A stretch of DNA of 64,000 nucleotides. It comes from Microcoleus sp. (GTDB lineage: Bacteria > Cyanobacteriota > Cyanobacteriia > Cyanobacteriales > Microcoleaceae). Where the stretch lies: NCBI GenBank assembly GCA_052279835.1, contig CP181291.1, forward strand, positions 2,624,001 to 2,688,000, read 5' to 3'. A program made the position numbers and the translations under genes. Below the pieces are notes generated by a model. The model worked only from the letters and a program-made list of their open reading frames with translations, ran no database searches and was not told the DNA's origin. This document shows, piece after piece, positions 38,259 to 47,600 of the stretch; within the stretch, counting starts at the first letter, position 1; the number at the start of each line of letters is the position of its first letter.

Positions 38259-39640
38259 TGAAAACCCTCTACATTCTCCTGTTCGCCCTCAGCATCATCC
38301 TCATCAACCCCTGGGGAAGCAGCCGGGGCCTCATCTGGACTGCCCCCAAAGTGTTCGTGATTTGGCTAATAGTCGGAGTCAATCTCGCCCTCTTGTGGGA
38401 ACAAAGAAAATCCATAACCATTTCCCGAAAATGGAAAATATCGCTAATACTTTGGACAATATTTCTCTCAATCGGAGCTATCTCCACTCTACAAAGTCCT
38501 TTTCCCTTAACCTCTTTCTTCGGTCAAGACCAAATGGGAGACGGCTGGCTCTACTGGCTGTTAATTGCCGCCTTCACTCTTAGCAACAGCTTGCTCTTAA
38601 CCGTACACCCGCAACTGATTAATTCCCAATTCCAAGGACTTCTAATTGGCGGCATTATTCTTTCTCTTAGTATCTTCCCCCAAATCATTGACTGGCGGCT
38701 CGACTATACGGCGACAATGGGGCAAATTATCAGAGCCGATGTTAATGCCAGCAGTATATTTCAAGGACAGCAACCCATCGGATTGTATTCCCACAGAGGT
38801 CACGCAGCTATAGTTTTAGCATTAATAATAATCACTTCTCTTTTCGGTTGGTTTTCGAGATTTACCACAACTAAATTAACGGCAATTACTTTAATTTTAA
38901 CTGTTCCCGCACTGCTGCTAACTTCTACTCGAAGTGCTATTTTAGCTTTGATGGTTGCCACTGTCTATTTGCTCAGAGGCAAATATTACAAAATTATTGT
39001 AGGAATTATTCCGATCGCCATAATCCCCATTGCCATCATGACTGTCACCAGACCGCTAGATTGGAGCAAACCGACCATCGCCCAAATCATGTCTAGCCGA
39101 TCGCCCATGTGGACACTTTCAGCCCGTGGCATCAAAAAACGCCCGCTATTTGGATGGGGATTTGACGGTTTCGGCATTGCCTATCCCTACATCCGAAATC
39201 CTCAAGTAACTCCGATCGTTGTAAATTTAGATGAGTTTACTTACGACTATATTAACATAAAAGGTGAAATCAGCACTAGAGAAATTTATACTTACAAAGC
39301 TCACAATTGGATGCTGGATACAACGCTATCTGTGGGCATTTTCGGGCTGGTTGCTGGCATTGCACTTTGGGGATATTATGTATGTTTAGCGCTGAATTAT
39401 TTTCGGGGCGGTATTGAAGCTGTTGCTATTGCTTATCTAATTTTTACTTTCACTTGGTTCGACTGCGCTCAATATGCACATATTGCCTGGTGGATGATGA
39501 GTTTCGCTGGAGTTGAATCTGCTTATTTTACTCGTTTTTCTCGTTGGCGATCGCAGTCTGAGCAATTAGCAATTACCAGTCTTACATTTCCTGCATCAAC
39601 CGCAAACAATTCTGCCAGATCTGCATCACATACACCGTAA
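38258..39640 (+). CDS. O-antigen ligase / O-oligosaccharyltransferase-like (Wzy_C) membrane protein
   Basis: Multi-TM, LLLTSTRSAILA, R..MW, RPLFGWGFDGF, KAHNWMLD. Confidence 0.85.
   Translation: MKTLYILLFALSIILINPWGSSRGLIWTAPKVFVIWLIVGVNLALLWEQRKSITISRKWKISLILWTIFLSIGAISTLQSPFPLTSFFGQDQMGDGWLYWLLIAAFTLSNSLLLTVHPQLINSQFQGLLIGGIILSLSIFPQIIDWRLDYTATMGQIIRADVNASSIFQGQQPIGLYSHRGHAAIVLALIIITSLFGWFSRFTTTKLTAITLILTVPALLLTSTRSAILALMVATVYLLRGKYYKIIVGIIPIAIIPIAIMTVTRPLDWSKPTIAQIMSSRSPMWTLSARGIKKRPLFGWGFDGFGIAYPYIRNPQVTPIVVNLDEFTYDYINIKGEISTREIYTYKAHNWMLDTTLSVGIFGLVAGIALWGYYVCLALNYFRGGIEAVAIAYLIFTFTWFDCAQYAHIAWWMMSFAGVESAYFTRFSRWRSQSEQLAITSLTFPASTANNSARSASHTP
38585..39333 (+). repeat. 749-bp inverted repeat, right arm
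   Basis: Matches the reverse complement of 21472-22220; diverged homology continues to ~39530. Confidence 0.92.
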
Positions 39641-39932
39641 CCTTTGGATAGATTTAGTCTGATTCATTTTTCATCATGTGCGATCGATCCCTAGTCCTCT
39701 CTTATTGATGCCGGTAGTGTTGACAAGGTTCTCATTTTATGCTAAGTTGGGGTTACTGGTGACATTCTAAAAATTCTTTCTAATTCAATGGTGAACCTTA
39801 AATTAGTTTAACTAAGTCTTGTAGAGTAGATAATCTCATAAATAAATATTGTCCGGTAGCACCAATTTGAAGTAAAAAAGATGTGCATAGCTTTTATTAT
39901 GCAGCTATAAGCCCCCCAAAAGAGCGCTAGCC

Positions 39933-41153
39933 ATGACACAACAGAACCCGCGGGAACTTCTCAAGCAGGGCGATCCACAAGCCATCGCATCTAGCATCAA
40001 CCGTACACTCAAACCCAAAGGCATCAACGCCGAAGTGGCGCGGGACAACGGCTGCCTCCACATAACTCTGGAGTCAGGCAAAGTACCGGATCAAATGGTA
40101 TTGGTGGATTTCATCCGCACTGGGATGACCAAGTTGGGACTAGAATCTATTCACACAGTACAAGTTTACGGGCGTCGAATCGGTGACAGCTCGCCAACAT
40201 GGGAAGAGGAAATAGAGCTAATGCCGGCATCGCCCATGCTTTATGAACATGAGACTTCTATGCCTCACGACTCCGTAGGTTTGGATGATGTCGAACCCGA
40301 AAGTGAAGACTATTATCAAGACGAAGAGTTCGATCGAGACGAAGACGACGAGGTAGAAGACGAGGTAGAGGAAACTCCGCCTCCCAAAAAACAATTCCCC
40401 AAATGGGCAATACCTGTAGGGATATTAGTACCCGTGATGGCCCTGGCTGGGCTGTTCTTTACAGGAAATCTACCATTTGTGAGCGGTTCTACCTCCGAAC
40501 CAACCTCCCCAGAAGTTGCTTCGCCATCCCCAACAGCTACCTCTAGTGCACCCAAACCAGCATCACCCTCTCCCAGCGCCTCTGACGGTGAGAAACCAGC
40601 AGCATCTCCAGCCCCCACAGCCCTTCCCAATGCTGCTGCGAAGCCAGCAAGCCCAGCTCCGCTAGGAGCATCTCCTGCGCCCCCAGCAGCCTCTGGTACA
40701 CCCAAGGCATCTCCTGCGCCCCCAGCAGCCTCTGGTACACCCAAGGCATCTCCTGCACCCGCAGCAGCCTCTGGTACACCCAAGGCATCTCCTGCGCCCC
40801 CAGCAGCCTCTGGTACACCCAAGGCATCTCCTGCACCCACAGCAGCCTCTGGTACACCCAAGGCATCTCCTGCACCCACAGCAACCTCTGGTACGCCCAA
40901 GGCAGCCTCTGGCACGCCTAAGTCTGACCCTTGGAGGGAAGCGGTTAATCAGGCTCAGAGTGCAGCAATTCTGGCGCAAACCGCTCAGTCTCAAACTGAG
41001 TGGATCGCCGTAGCCAACCAGTGGCAGAAAGCTGTCGATCTAATGAATGTGGTGCCCACAACTAGCCCCAATCATCAAAAAGCTCAGCAAAAAGCCACAG
41101 AATATAAATCAAATCTGGAAGTTGCTAACCGCAGGGCCACCTCCGCGCCTTAG
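39933..41153 (+). CDS. single-pass membrane protein with acidic cytoplasmic linker and Pro/Ala/Ser/Thr-rich extracytoplasmic repeat region
   Basis: KQGDPQAIA...VQVYGRR.G...P.W N-domain, TM WAIPVGILVPVMALAGLFF, C-terminal helical W.KAV.LM..VP. Confidence 0.8.
   Translation: MTQQNPRELLKQGDPQAIASSINRTLKPKGINAEVARDNGCLHITLESGKVPDQMVLVDFIRTGMTKLGLESIHTVQVYGRRIGDSSPTWEEEIELMPASPMLYEHETSMPHDSVGLDDVEPESEDYYQDEEFDRDEDDEVEDEVEETPPPKKQFPKWAIPVGILVPVMALAGLFFTGNLPFVSGSTSEPTSPEVASPSPTATSSAPKPASPSPSASDGEKPAASPAPTALPNAAAKPASPAPLGASPAPPAASGTPKASPAPPAASGTPKASPAPAAASGTPKASPAPPAASGTPKASPAPTAASGTPKASPAPTATSGTPKAASGTPKSDPWREAVNQAQSAAILAQTAQSQTEWIAVANQWQKAVDLMNVVPTTSPNHQKAQQKATEYKSNLEVANRRATSAP
40668..40922 (+). 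repeat. six and a half 39-bp coding repeats (ASPAPxAASGTPK)
   Basis: GCATCTCCTGCnCCCnCAGCAGCCTCTGGTACACCCAAG in tandem. Confidence 0.95.
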
Positions 41154-41234
41154 CAGTTTTAAGTGGTGAGTTGAATACTCAATGTGTAACGAGTCAAAAG
41201 TTAAAAGTTGAGAGTATAAAAATCTTGTTTTTAC

Positions 41235-41334
41235 AGGACTTACGCATGGGGGGTCAAAAATCCGGTTTCTGCGTGAATATTGGTCGAAAAAATCGACTAT
41301 TTTGGGAAGAAACCGGGTTTTTTGCGTAAGTCCT
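41235..41334. mobile_element. 100-bp MITE-like element with AGGACTTACGCA terminal inverted repeats
   Basis: AGGACTTACGCA...TGCGTAAGTCCT enclosing CCGGTTTCT/AGAAACCGG; relatives at 45753-45850 and ~16980-17083. Confidence 0.7.
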
Positions 41335-41784
41335 ATTTTACTCAAAGCTGTCTGACTATTGGCTTTTTTAAGTTTTCTAGAAACTGCTCTCAACTAAATT
41401 CAGAAAAGCAACAACTTTTAAACCTATAGGACGGTATTGCTATAGTTATATCAAATCCGTTGGTAAGTAGAAGGAAGAAGATCGATGTGAAGAAGATCGA
41501 TGTGAAGAAGACTTATGCAGTCAGCTTTTCGGTCATCCGTATTTTACGTTTAATTAAGTGGATTTACTTATCGTCCTGTATTCATCTCTCTCTTCTCCTC
41601 CTCTGTGCCCTCTGCGCCAAGAGCGGTTAAATCATTCCAATGCAACCGTAAACGATATTATTCCAATTTTCATGAATGGTTGCCGATCGCCATCGAGACC
41701 AATTTCGCGCTGATTTATCCGCCTCATACTAAACAGTTAAGGACAGTTAAGGGAATCTAAATCGGGTACATCTGAATTTGGCAA

Positions 41785-41884
41785 ATATATTCGTAGGGGC
41801 GAAGCATGACCGCTGTAAATCTCTGGTTATCACGAATAAATTTTCTGCGGTCATGCTTCGCCTATGCAAAATCGGGATGCTCCC
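41785..41884. repeat. REP-like hairpin element (GTAGGGGCGAAGCAT...ATGCTTCGCC)
   Basis: Inverted homolog at 54730-54830. Confidence 0.8.
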
Positions 41885-42158
41885 TCTAATTCTGAACCAT
41901 TTCCCCAAAGGAGTGTTTATTTAAGTAAGTTTATCCTAGCTCAAAGATTGAATTAAAATTGCAATCAAAAGGTCAATTAAAGCTATTTATAAATATTTGC
42001 GGTGAGTATAGATAGTACGATTCAAAACATTAACATTCAATCTCGCCTTCTGCTTGAGATTTGAGATTTTCAATTTGAAAATTCTCCCGTTCGGATTGGG
42101 AACTCCAGTCAGCCTGGGTGTTGCCATCCATCAGCGGCTGGACGAAATTTCTGGCTTC

Positions 42159-44354
42159 TCAAGCGCTGGTGGGAGAAGGTAAATTATTATTGGATATAGA
42201 AAAATCTACAGGGATGATGGGAGTGGTTGTCCCGTTAGGCTTGCCAGAAGCAGGGTCTGGTTGGTAGAGTTGGATGCGATCGCGCCCAAGTCTTTTTGCT
42301 TGGTAGAGGGCTTGATCCGAGGCGGCAATCAAAATTTCCGCTCCCGTTTCCGATGCCGGAACCATACTTGCTACGCCCAAACTGACTGTGACGTACTGGC
42401 TCACCTGGGAACCAGCGTGAGGAAGCTTTAGGGCTGCGATTTTAACCCTGATGTGTTCGGCGACTTTCACAGCGCCTTGGATGTGGGTATTCGGCAAAAT
42501 AACGGCAAATTCTTCGCCACCATAGCGAGCTACTAAATCGGCGGGGCGATCGACTGCATGGCTAATGGCACCAGCTACTTGTCGCAAACATTCGTCTCCC
42601 CCTGGATGACCATAGGTATCGTTATAACTTTTAAAAGAATCAATATCACACAGAATTAGGGACAGTGGCGTCTGTTCCCGCGACTGTCTGCGCCACTCCA
42701 CTTCCAGATATTGATCGAACCGACGGCGGTTTGCTAGCTGGGTGAGTGCGTCCAAAGTGGCTAAGCGTTCTAATTTTTGGTTGGCCTCTTGCAATTGCTG
42801 ATAAAGTTCTGCTTGCTTAATGGCGATCGCCAACTGGGCCGCCAGAGAAGACAGTAACTCGACTTCCAACTGCATCCACTGTCGGGGGCTGCACTGGTGG
42901 GCCATCAGAAGCCCCCACAAATCCTCCCCTTGCACCAGTGGTACGACTAGATAAGCTCTGACATCAAATTGTGCGAGCAAATCAATTTGATATTGTGGTA
43001 AATCGGCGGCGCAGATATCGGCGATTGGTCGGATCGCCCGATGTTGGTACGCTTCCAAATAAAACTCGTCAAAACAAAAATTTTCCAGGGTTTCCCCCAG
43101 CATCGGCTGGCAGTTAGGAGCTACAGATTCCACTGTCACCGCCCCCGTTGCCGGCGTGTCGCAGGCATTGCCGGTACAGGGATTAAACCGGACGATCATC
43201 ACTCGATCGGCCTGTAGAAACTGGCGCACTTCGTTGACAGTCGTGTGCAGCACTTCGTCCAAATCTAAAGACTGGCGAATGTGTTGAGTAATTGTTGCCA
43301 TCAACAGTTCCCGTTCGTTCTGCTGTCGCAGCGCTTCTTCTGCCCGCTTGTACTCCGTGATATCTTGAGCAGTACCAAAAATTTGTTTGGGTTGACCCTC
43401 GGTGGTGCGCGCAAAAACTTGGTCGCGACAGCGAAACCAGCGCCATTGGCCCGATCGATGTTGAAGCCGATACTCCAATTCCAAAATGCTACCATCCTGG
43501 GCCGAGGGAAATTGTTCCAGGTGCTCTTCCAGTGTCCGCAAATCCTCTGGGTAGACGAGACAGAAACAGAAAGCCGTTTCCATCTCTAAAATTTCTTGGG
43601 GAGTGTAGCCCAGCAATTTCAAGGCCTGACCGTTGACGTAAACGTTGCGCTGTTCGGTCAGGTCGTAGATATATAGTAAATAAGGTGCCACGTCAGCAAT
43701 CTGCTGGATGAAGTGCTGGCTCGATCGCAATTCTTCCTCCACCCGCTGACGCACTTTCACTTCTTCCAAAGCCTGATCCCGCATCGCCCGATAACCTTGA
43801 ATCCGGTGAGTAAGCTCCGTGACGTCCTGAATCACCAACAAGGCGTAGAATGACTGGGAATTGGTCGGTGGCCATGTCAGTGAAGCCACAGGGGACGGAG
43901 AGTTATCTAACAAAACATTGTTTTCAGCGGCTTGGAGTTCGATCGTACCTTCTGCTTCCCACTCAACATTTTGAACCACCAACTTTCCAATCTCCAATTC
44001 TGCGATGCCATCCTCTTGGGCCGGCACAGCCGTCACAGTAGTTTGCTGGATGCGCTGCTGGCCGTCTTGCCAAGTTGCCGGAATCAGGTGTTTGTGAATT
44101 TGAGAAGAAAAAATTGTTGGTGGACCTCCTGCAAAGATTTGCTGAAAGCGAGTTGCGTACTTTAGCTGGTTTAAATGAGGAAAATGCGTTGTGATTTTTG
44201 TACCCAACATTTGACTGCGGGGAATTTTCGTCCAGTCTTCCAAACAGGTATTCCAAAACAGAACCACAAAATCATCTCGCAGCAGGCAAGCGCCGACTGG
44301 TACGCTGTCTAGAACCCCAAACTTTTGCTCAATAGTTTTGCTCTCCTGGCTCAT
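42159..44354 (-). CDS. diguanylate cyclase (PAS-PAS-GAF-GGDEF)
   Basis: DALTQLANRR, DIDSFKSYNDTYGH, RPAD I-site, RYGGEEF. Confidence 0.92.
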   Translation of the reverse strand: MSQESKTIEQKFGVLDSVPVGACLLRDDFVVLFWNTCLEDWTKIPRSQMLGTKITTHFPHLNQLKYATRFQQIFAGGPPTIFSSQIHKHLIPATWQDGQQRIQQTTVTAVPAQEDGIAELEIGKLVVQNVEWEAEGTIELQAAENNVLLDNSPSPVASLTWPPTNSQSFYALLVIQDVTELTHRIQGYRAMRDQALEEVKVRQRVEEELRSSQHFIQQIADVAPYLLYIYDLTEQRNVYVNGQALKLLGYTPQEILEMETAFCFCLVYPEDLRTLEEHLEQFPSAQDGSILELEYRLQHRSGQWRWFRCRDQVFARTTEGQPKQIFGTAQDITEYKRAEEALRQQNERELLMATITQHIRQSLDLDEVLHTTVNEVRQFLQADRVMIVRFNPCTGNACDTPATGAVTVESVAPNCQPMLGETLENFCFDEFYLEAYQHRAIRPIADICAADLPQYQIDLLAQFDVRAYLVVPLVQGEDLWGLLMAHQCSPRQWMQLEVELLSSLAAQLAIAIKQAELYQQLQEANQKLERLATLDALTQLANRRRFDQYLEVEWRRQSREQTPLSLILCDIDSFKSYNDTYGHPGGDECLRQVAGAISHAVDRPADLVARYGGEEFAVILPNTHIQGAVKVAEHIRVKIAALKLPHAGSQVSQYVTVSLGVASMVPASETGAEILIAASDQALYQAKRLGRDRIQLYQPDPASGKPNGTTTPIIPVDFSISNNNLPSPTSA

Positions 44355-44959
44355 AGACCCCCGGCAAGTTGATTGATAGCAGCCAACAAGGTATCAAAAG
44401 AACTGACATTGAAAATGAGGATAATATCTCCTTCAATGTGAAGCTTTTCAATAATGAAACGAGTCTGGGCCAATAAAACTACTGTATCGGCAGTCAAGCC
44501 GCCAGATACTAGCAAAGTGGCGATTGTCCCTTCCGTGTAATTGGGAATTGAGTAGTTCAAGCGCTGCTGAAGTACATTGCTGATAGCACCCATAACCCCG
44601 TTGATTACAATATTTCCCACTTCACTTAGCGTACCAATTTTCACCGAATCTAGGTCATGAGTTCCGGCTTCTTCCCCAGTTAGCATCGTCACGAGGGTGG
44701 CGGCGCTGTTGGTAGGAAATACTAGCTGAGCAATACCTCCAAAAGAGCCTGTGAATTTTAGCTGCACGGCGGCGATTTGCTCGCCGTTGAGGTGTTGCTC
44801 TAACTGTAGTTGTACATCGTTGGGAGTCAGGATTTGGAGGTAGGGGATTTGCAAGCGAATGGGGGAGTCAATCATGTCATTCAAGATCCCTGCTGCTTGA
44901 CCAATCCCGATGTTGACGAGTTCCTGCAAAGCATCGAGCTGTCGAGCGGTCAATTTCAT
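44351..44959 (-). CDS. CheC/CheX-like phosphatase
   Basis: DALQELVNIG.G and LSEVGNIVING (two E-x-x-N motifs). Confidence 0.85.
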   Translation of the reverse strand: MKLTARQLDALQELVNIGIGQAAGILNDMIDSPIRLQIPYLQILTPNDVQLQLEQHLNGEQIAAVQLKFTGSFGGIAQLVFPTNSAATLVTMLTGEEAGTHDLDSVKIGTLSEVGNIVINGVMGAISNVLQQRLNYSIPNYTEGTIATLLVSGGLTADTVVLLAQTRFIIEKLHIEGDIILIFNVSSFDTLLAAINQLAGGL

Positions 44960-45333
44960 GGGGCGCTCTCCTCGCTGGCACTGAGAGCTTTTTTGATCCA
45001 CCCAACCAGTTCGTCGGAGTTGGGCATTTTGTGAATGACTGCGAGGGCTCCGAGTTCCATACACTCTTCGCGGGTGGTGGATTGGATGTCTGCGGTAATT
45101 ACGATCACAGGAACTTTAATTCCTTTCTCCCGCATAGCTTGCAAGACTTCCCTACCTTCCATGTCTGGCATTAGGAGATCCAACAGCATACAGTTTGGGG
45201 TCTGAGTATCTAGCAGTTCCAGAGCTTCTGGGCCACTCGATGCTTCCCAAGTCTCGTATCCTTCTGCTCGCAGGATTTTGCAGATTACCCTGCGAGTCAA
45301 CCACGAATCTTCGACAACGAGAATTGATGTCAC
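44956..45333 (-). CDS. CheY-like single-domain response regulator
   Basis: ILVVEDS, LLDLLMPDMEG, VITAD, KMP; GTG start with AAGGAGG RBS. Confidence 0.88.
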   Translation of the reverse strand: MTSILVVEDSWLTRRVICKILRAEGYETWEASSGPEALELLDTQTPNCMLLDLLMPDMEGREVLQAMREKGIKVPVIVITADIQSTTREECMELGALAVIHKMPNSDELVGWIKKALSASEESAP

Positions 45334-45403
45334 TACGTTTTCCTCCTTCAATTGTTGATGACTAACCAGCTTGGCAGGTACTGCTTTTATTTTGACAGTA
45401 TTT

Positions 45404-45439
45404 TATGCAGGGGCGTCGCGATCGCGACGCCCCTGCATA
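45404..45439. repeat. perfect 36-bp palindrome centred on HIP1
   Basis: TATGCAGGGGCGTCGCGA|TCGCGACGCCCCTGCATA. Confidence 0.95.
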
Positions 45440-46052
45440 GCTCAAAAACTCTCTCTACATTAGTAGACCAGGCAGGCTAACAGGAATAAATATATCCATC
45501 ATATAGTGAGGGGTTCTCAACCAATCGAGCTATTGCGAAGCTTAGGCGTTGAGATGTGAGAACCGGATGAAGGCCGGCTCTGTTCTTGATATTTATCGCT
45601 GTATTACGATCGTGGCTTAGACTGAAACCACATCTACAATTATCTTGCTTAATTTGACAATCTCCCAAATTCCCTAGGCTAAATAGGGGAGATTCTTAAG
45701 AATCCAAAGACCGATTCTGAGGTTCCTATAGCAATCCTGAACCCATCATCACAGGACTTAGGCACAGGGGGTCAAAAACCCGGTTTCTCGGTCAATATCT
45801 CAGGCGAGAGAGGGACGATTTTTCACAGAAACCGGGTTTTTTGCAGTCCTGCATCAGTAAAGTTTAACCACTTTCTAGCAAATGACATGGTAAACATTCC
45901 CAAATTGCGGTATTTACGTACTTGTGCTATGTAAACCTTGTTCGATCGCTCCCAGTTTTAGGTATCGGCAATATTATCAAACAAATAGCAAAAAACCCGG
46001 TTTCTTGATGAAGCCCGGTTCACAGGATGTATGTTGCTGCTGAAAGCTTGGG

Positions 46053-46583
46053 TTAACTATAGCTGACTAACCGTTTGCGAAGAGATTCTACTCGTCGTTT
46101 TGCCGTCGCATTGTCTGGCTCGTGTTTTAGGACTTCTTCGTACATTTCTAAAGCTTGAGATTCTAATTTTTTACGCTCGTAGGAGTGACCCAAATTATTG
46201 ATCGATGTGACGTAGCCGGGCTGCAACTTAATGGCTTCTTTGTAATAACGGATTGCTATATCGTACTGTTCTTGACCGAAGTGTGCAAAACCGAGAGCGT
46301 TATAAATTATCGCTGCATTTTCTTCGCCTTCTAAATCTTCGGATTTCAAGGCTTTTTGAAATAGCAATATCGCCTGGGAATAAAGACTTTTGTCTAGATA
46401 AATACTGCCCAATTGGTAGTATTCTTGGGCTGTTCCCTTCTCTTTGGTGAGCTTTGTTTCTAAGCGTTCCAGGGACATTTCCCGCTTGCGAGTTTTGAAT
46501 ATCTGGCTGACTATAAACCAGGAAGCACTGCCTAGTATGAGTAGCAAGACAGACAAGTAAATAATGAGTAAATTGCTATCCAT
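46053..46583 (-). CDS. ycf37: Ycf37-like TPR protein
   Basis: N-terminal TM followed by TPRs (YYQLGSIY, YNALGFAHF, NNLGHSYE); adjacent to rplT. Confidence 0.75.
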   Translation of the reverse strand: MDSNLLIIYLSVLLLILGSASWFIVSQIFKTRKREMSLERLETKLTKEKGTAQEYYQLGSIYLDKSLYSQAILLFQKALKSEDLEGEENAAIIYNALGFAHFGQEQYDIAIRYYKEAIKLQPGYVTSINNLGHSYERKKLESQALEMYEEVLKHEPDNATAKRRVESLRKRLVSYS

Positions 46584-46865
46584 GCTTTTAAAATTTGGTT
46601 GGTATTTGGATTTTTTTATGTATTGGAATCCAATGATAATGCAATGATAATCCCTGATATTTGCCTGATAATTTTTACTAAAACCGGGAAATGGCTGACC
46701 CAATTACCCAGGATAGTGCTTTCAAAAAGCTAGAAGCTAGAAGTAAGAACAAAGAAGGAAAAGCGGTCTCAATCTCCTATATTTATCTAAGAAGTTTTCC
46801 TTCTCTGGCAGATAACTACATCCTTCTTAGTTCTTATTTCTTCCTTCAGAAAACTATTCAAGCTT

Positions 46866-47222
46866 TCACGATGCGGCTGACTTGGCCATTTCCACGACTT
46901 TGCCAAATGTTGCGGGGTCAAGGATTGCCATTTGTGCCAACATTTTGCGATTGATTTCAATGTTTGCTTTCTTCATATTGCCGATGAGTTTGCTATAACT
47001 CATGCCGTGCAAGCGAGATGCTGCATTGATCCGAGCAATCCACAGGCGGCGGAAGTCGCGTTTGCGTTTTTTGCGATCGCGATAACCGTTACGCAGGGCT
47101 TGCATCACCCGTTGGTTAGCTGTGCGGAACTGTTTCGACTGTGCGCCTCGGAATCCCTTGGCTAGTTTGAGAATTTTTTTGCGGCGCGCTCTAGCGACAT
47201 TACCGCGTTTTACCCGTGTCAT
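46866..47222 (-). CDS. rplT: 50S ribosomal protein L20
   Basis: [11 protein letters not shown]...[14 protein letters not shown]. Confidence 0.98.
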   Translation of the reverse strand: MTRVKRGNVARARRKKILKLAKGFRGAQSKQFRTANQRVMQALRNGYRDRKKRKRDFRRLWIARINAASRLHGMSYSKLIGNMKKANIEINRKMLAQMAILDPATFGKVVEMAKSAAS

Positions 47223-47241
47223 CTTTGATTACCGTTAAACT

Positions 47242-47439
47242 TTACAAGTATGGAAGCATTAACCGCACGTTATCGTCGTTGGTCTCGTCGATGACGACCA
47301 ATTTAGACAAGCGACTTTTGCGGGCTGAACTTTTGTGGGAGAGCAAGTGGCTTTTGTAAGCTTTGCGGCGCACAATTTTACCGGTGCCGGTCGCTCTAAA
47401 GCGCTTTGCGGCTGCTTTGCGAGTTTTGAGTTTTGGCAT
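47242..47439 (-). CDS. rpmI: 50S ribosomal protein L35
   Basis: [14 protein letters not shown]. Confidence 0.98.
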   Translation of the reverse strand: MPKLKTRKAAAKRFRATGTGKIVRRKAYKSHLLSHKSSARKSRLSKLVVIDETNDDNVRLMLPYL

Positions 47440-47600
47440 GGACTGGTGTTATTTGGACACAAGCTATAACCGTATCACGTTTGTGGTACTTTCTGCAAGC
47501 TCAATTTGCGGCGATATGTCAGGATGGGCGATCTGTCGGCTCTTGCGGTTGTTGGGCGTAGTTGACACCTGGCATAGAATGTTAGACAGCAAGACTATTA

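Noticed and set aside
21249..39640. Diversity-generating retroelement (template/variable repeat pair)
   Set aside because: No reverse transcriptase in the window, and differences between the ligase copies are not adenine-specific
42850..43300. Cyanobacteriochrome photoreceptor in the cyclase GAF domain
   Set aside because: The chromophore-binding CH motif position reads LPQYQ and DXCF is degenerate (NFCF), so bilin binding is not supported
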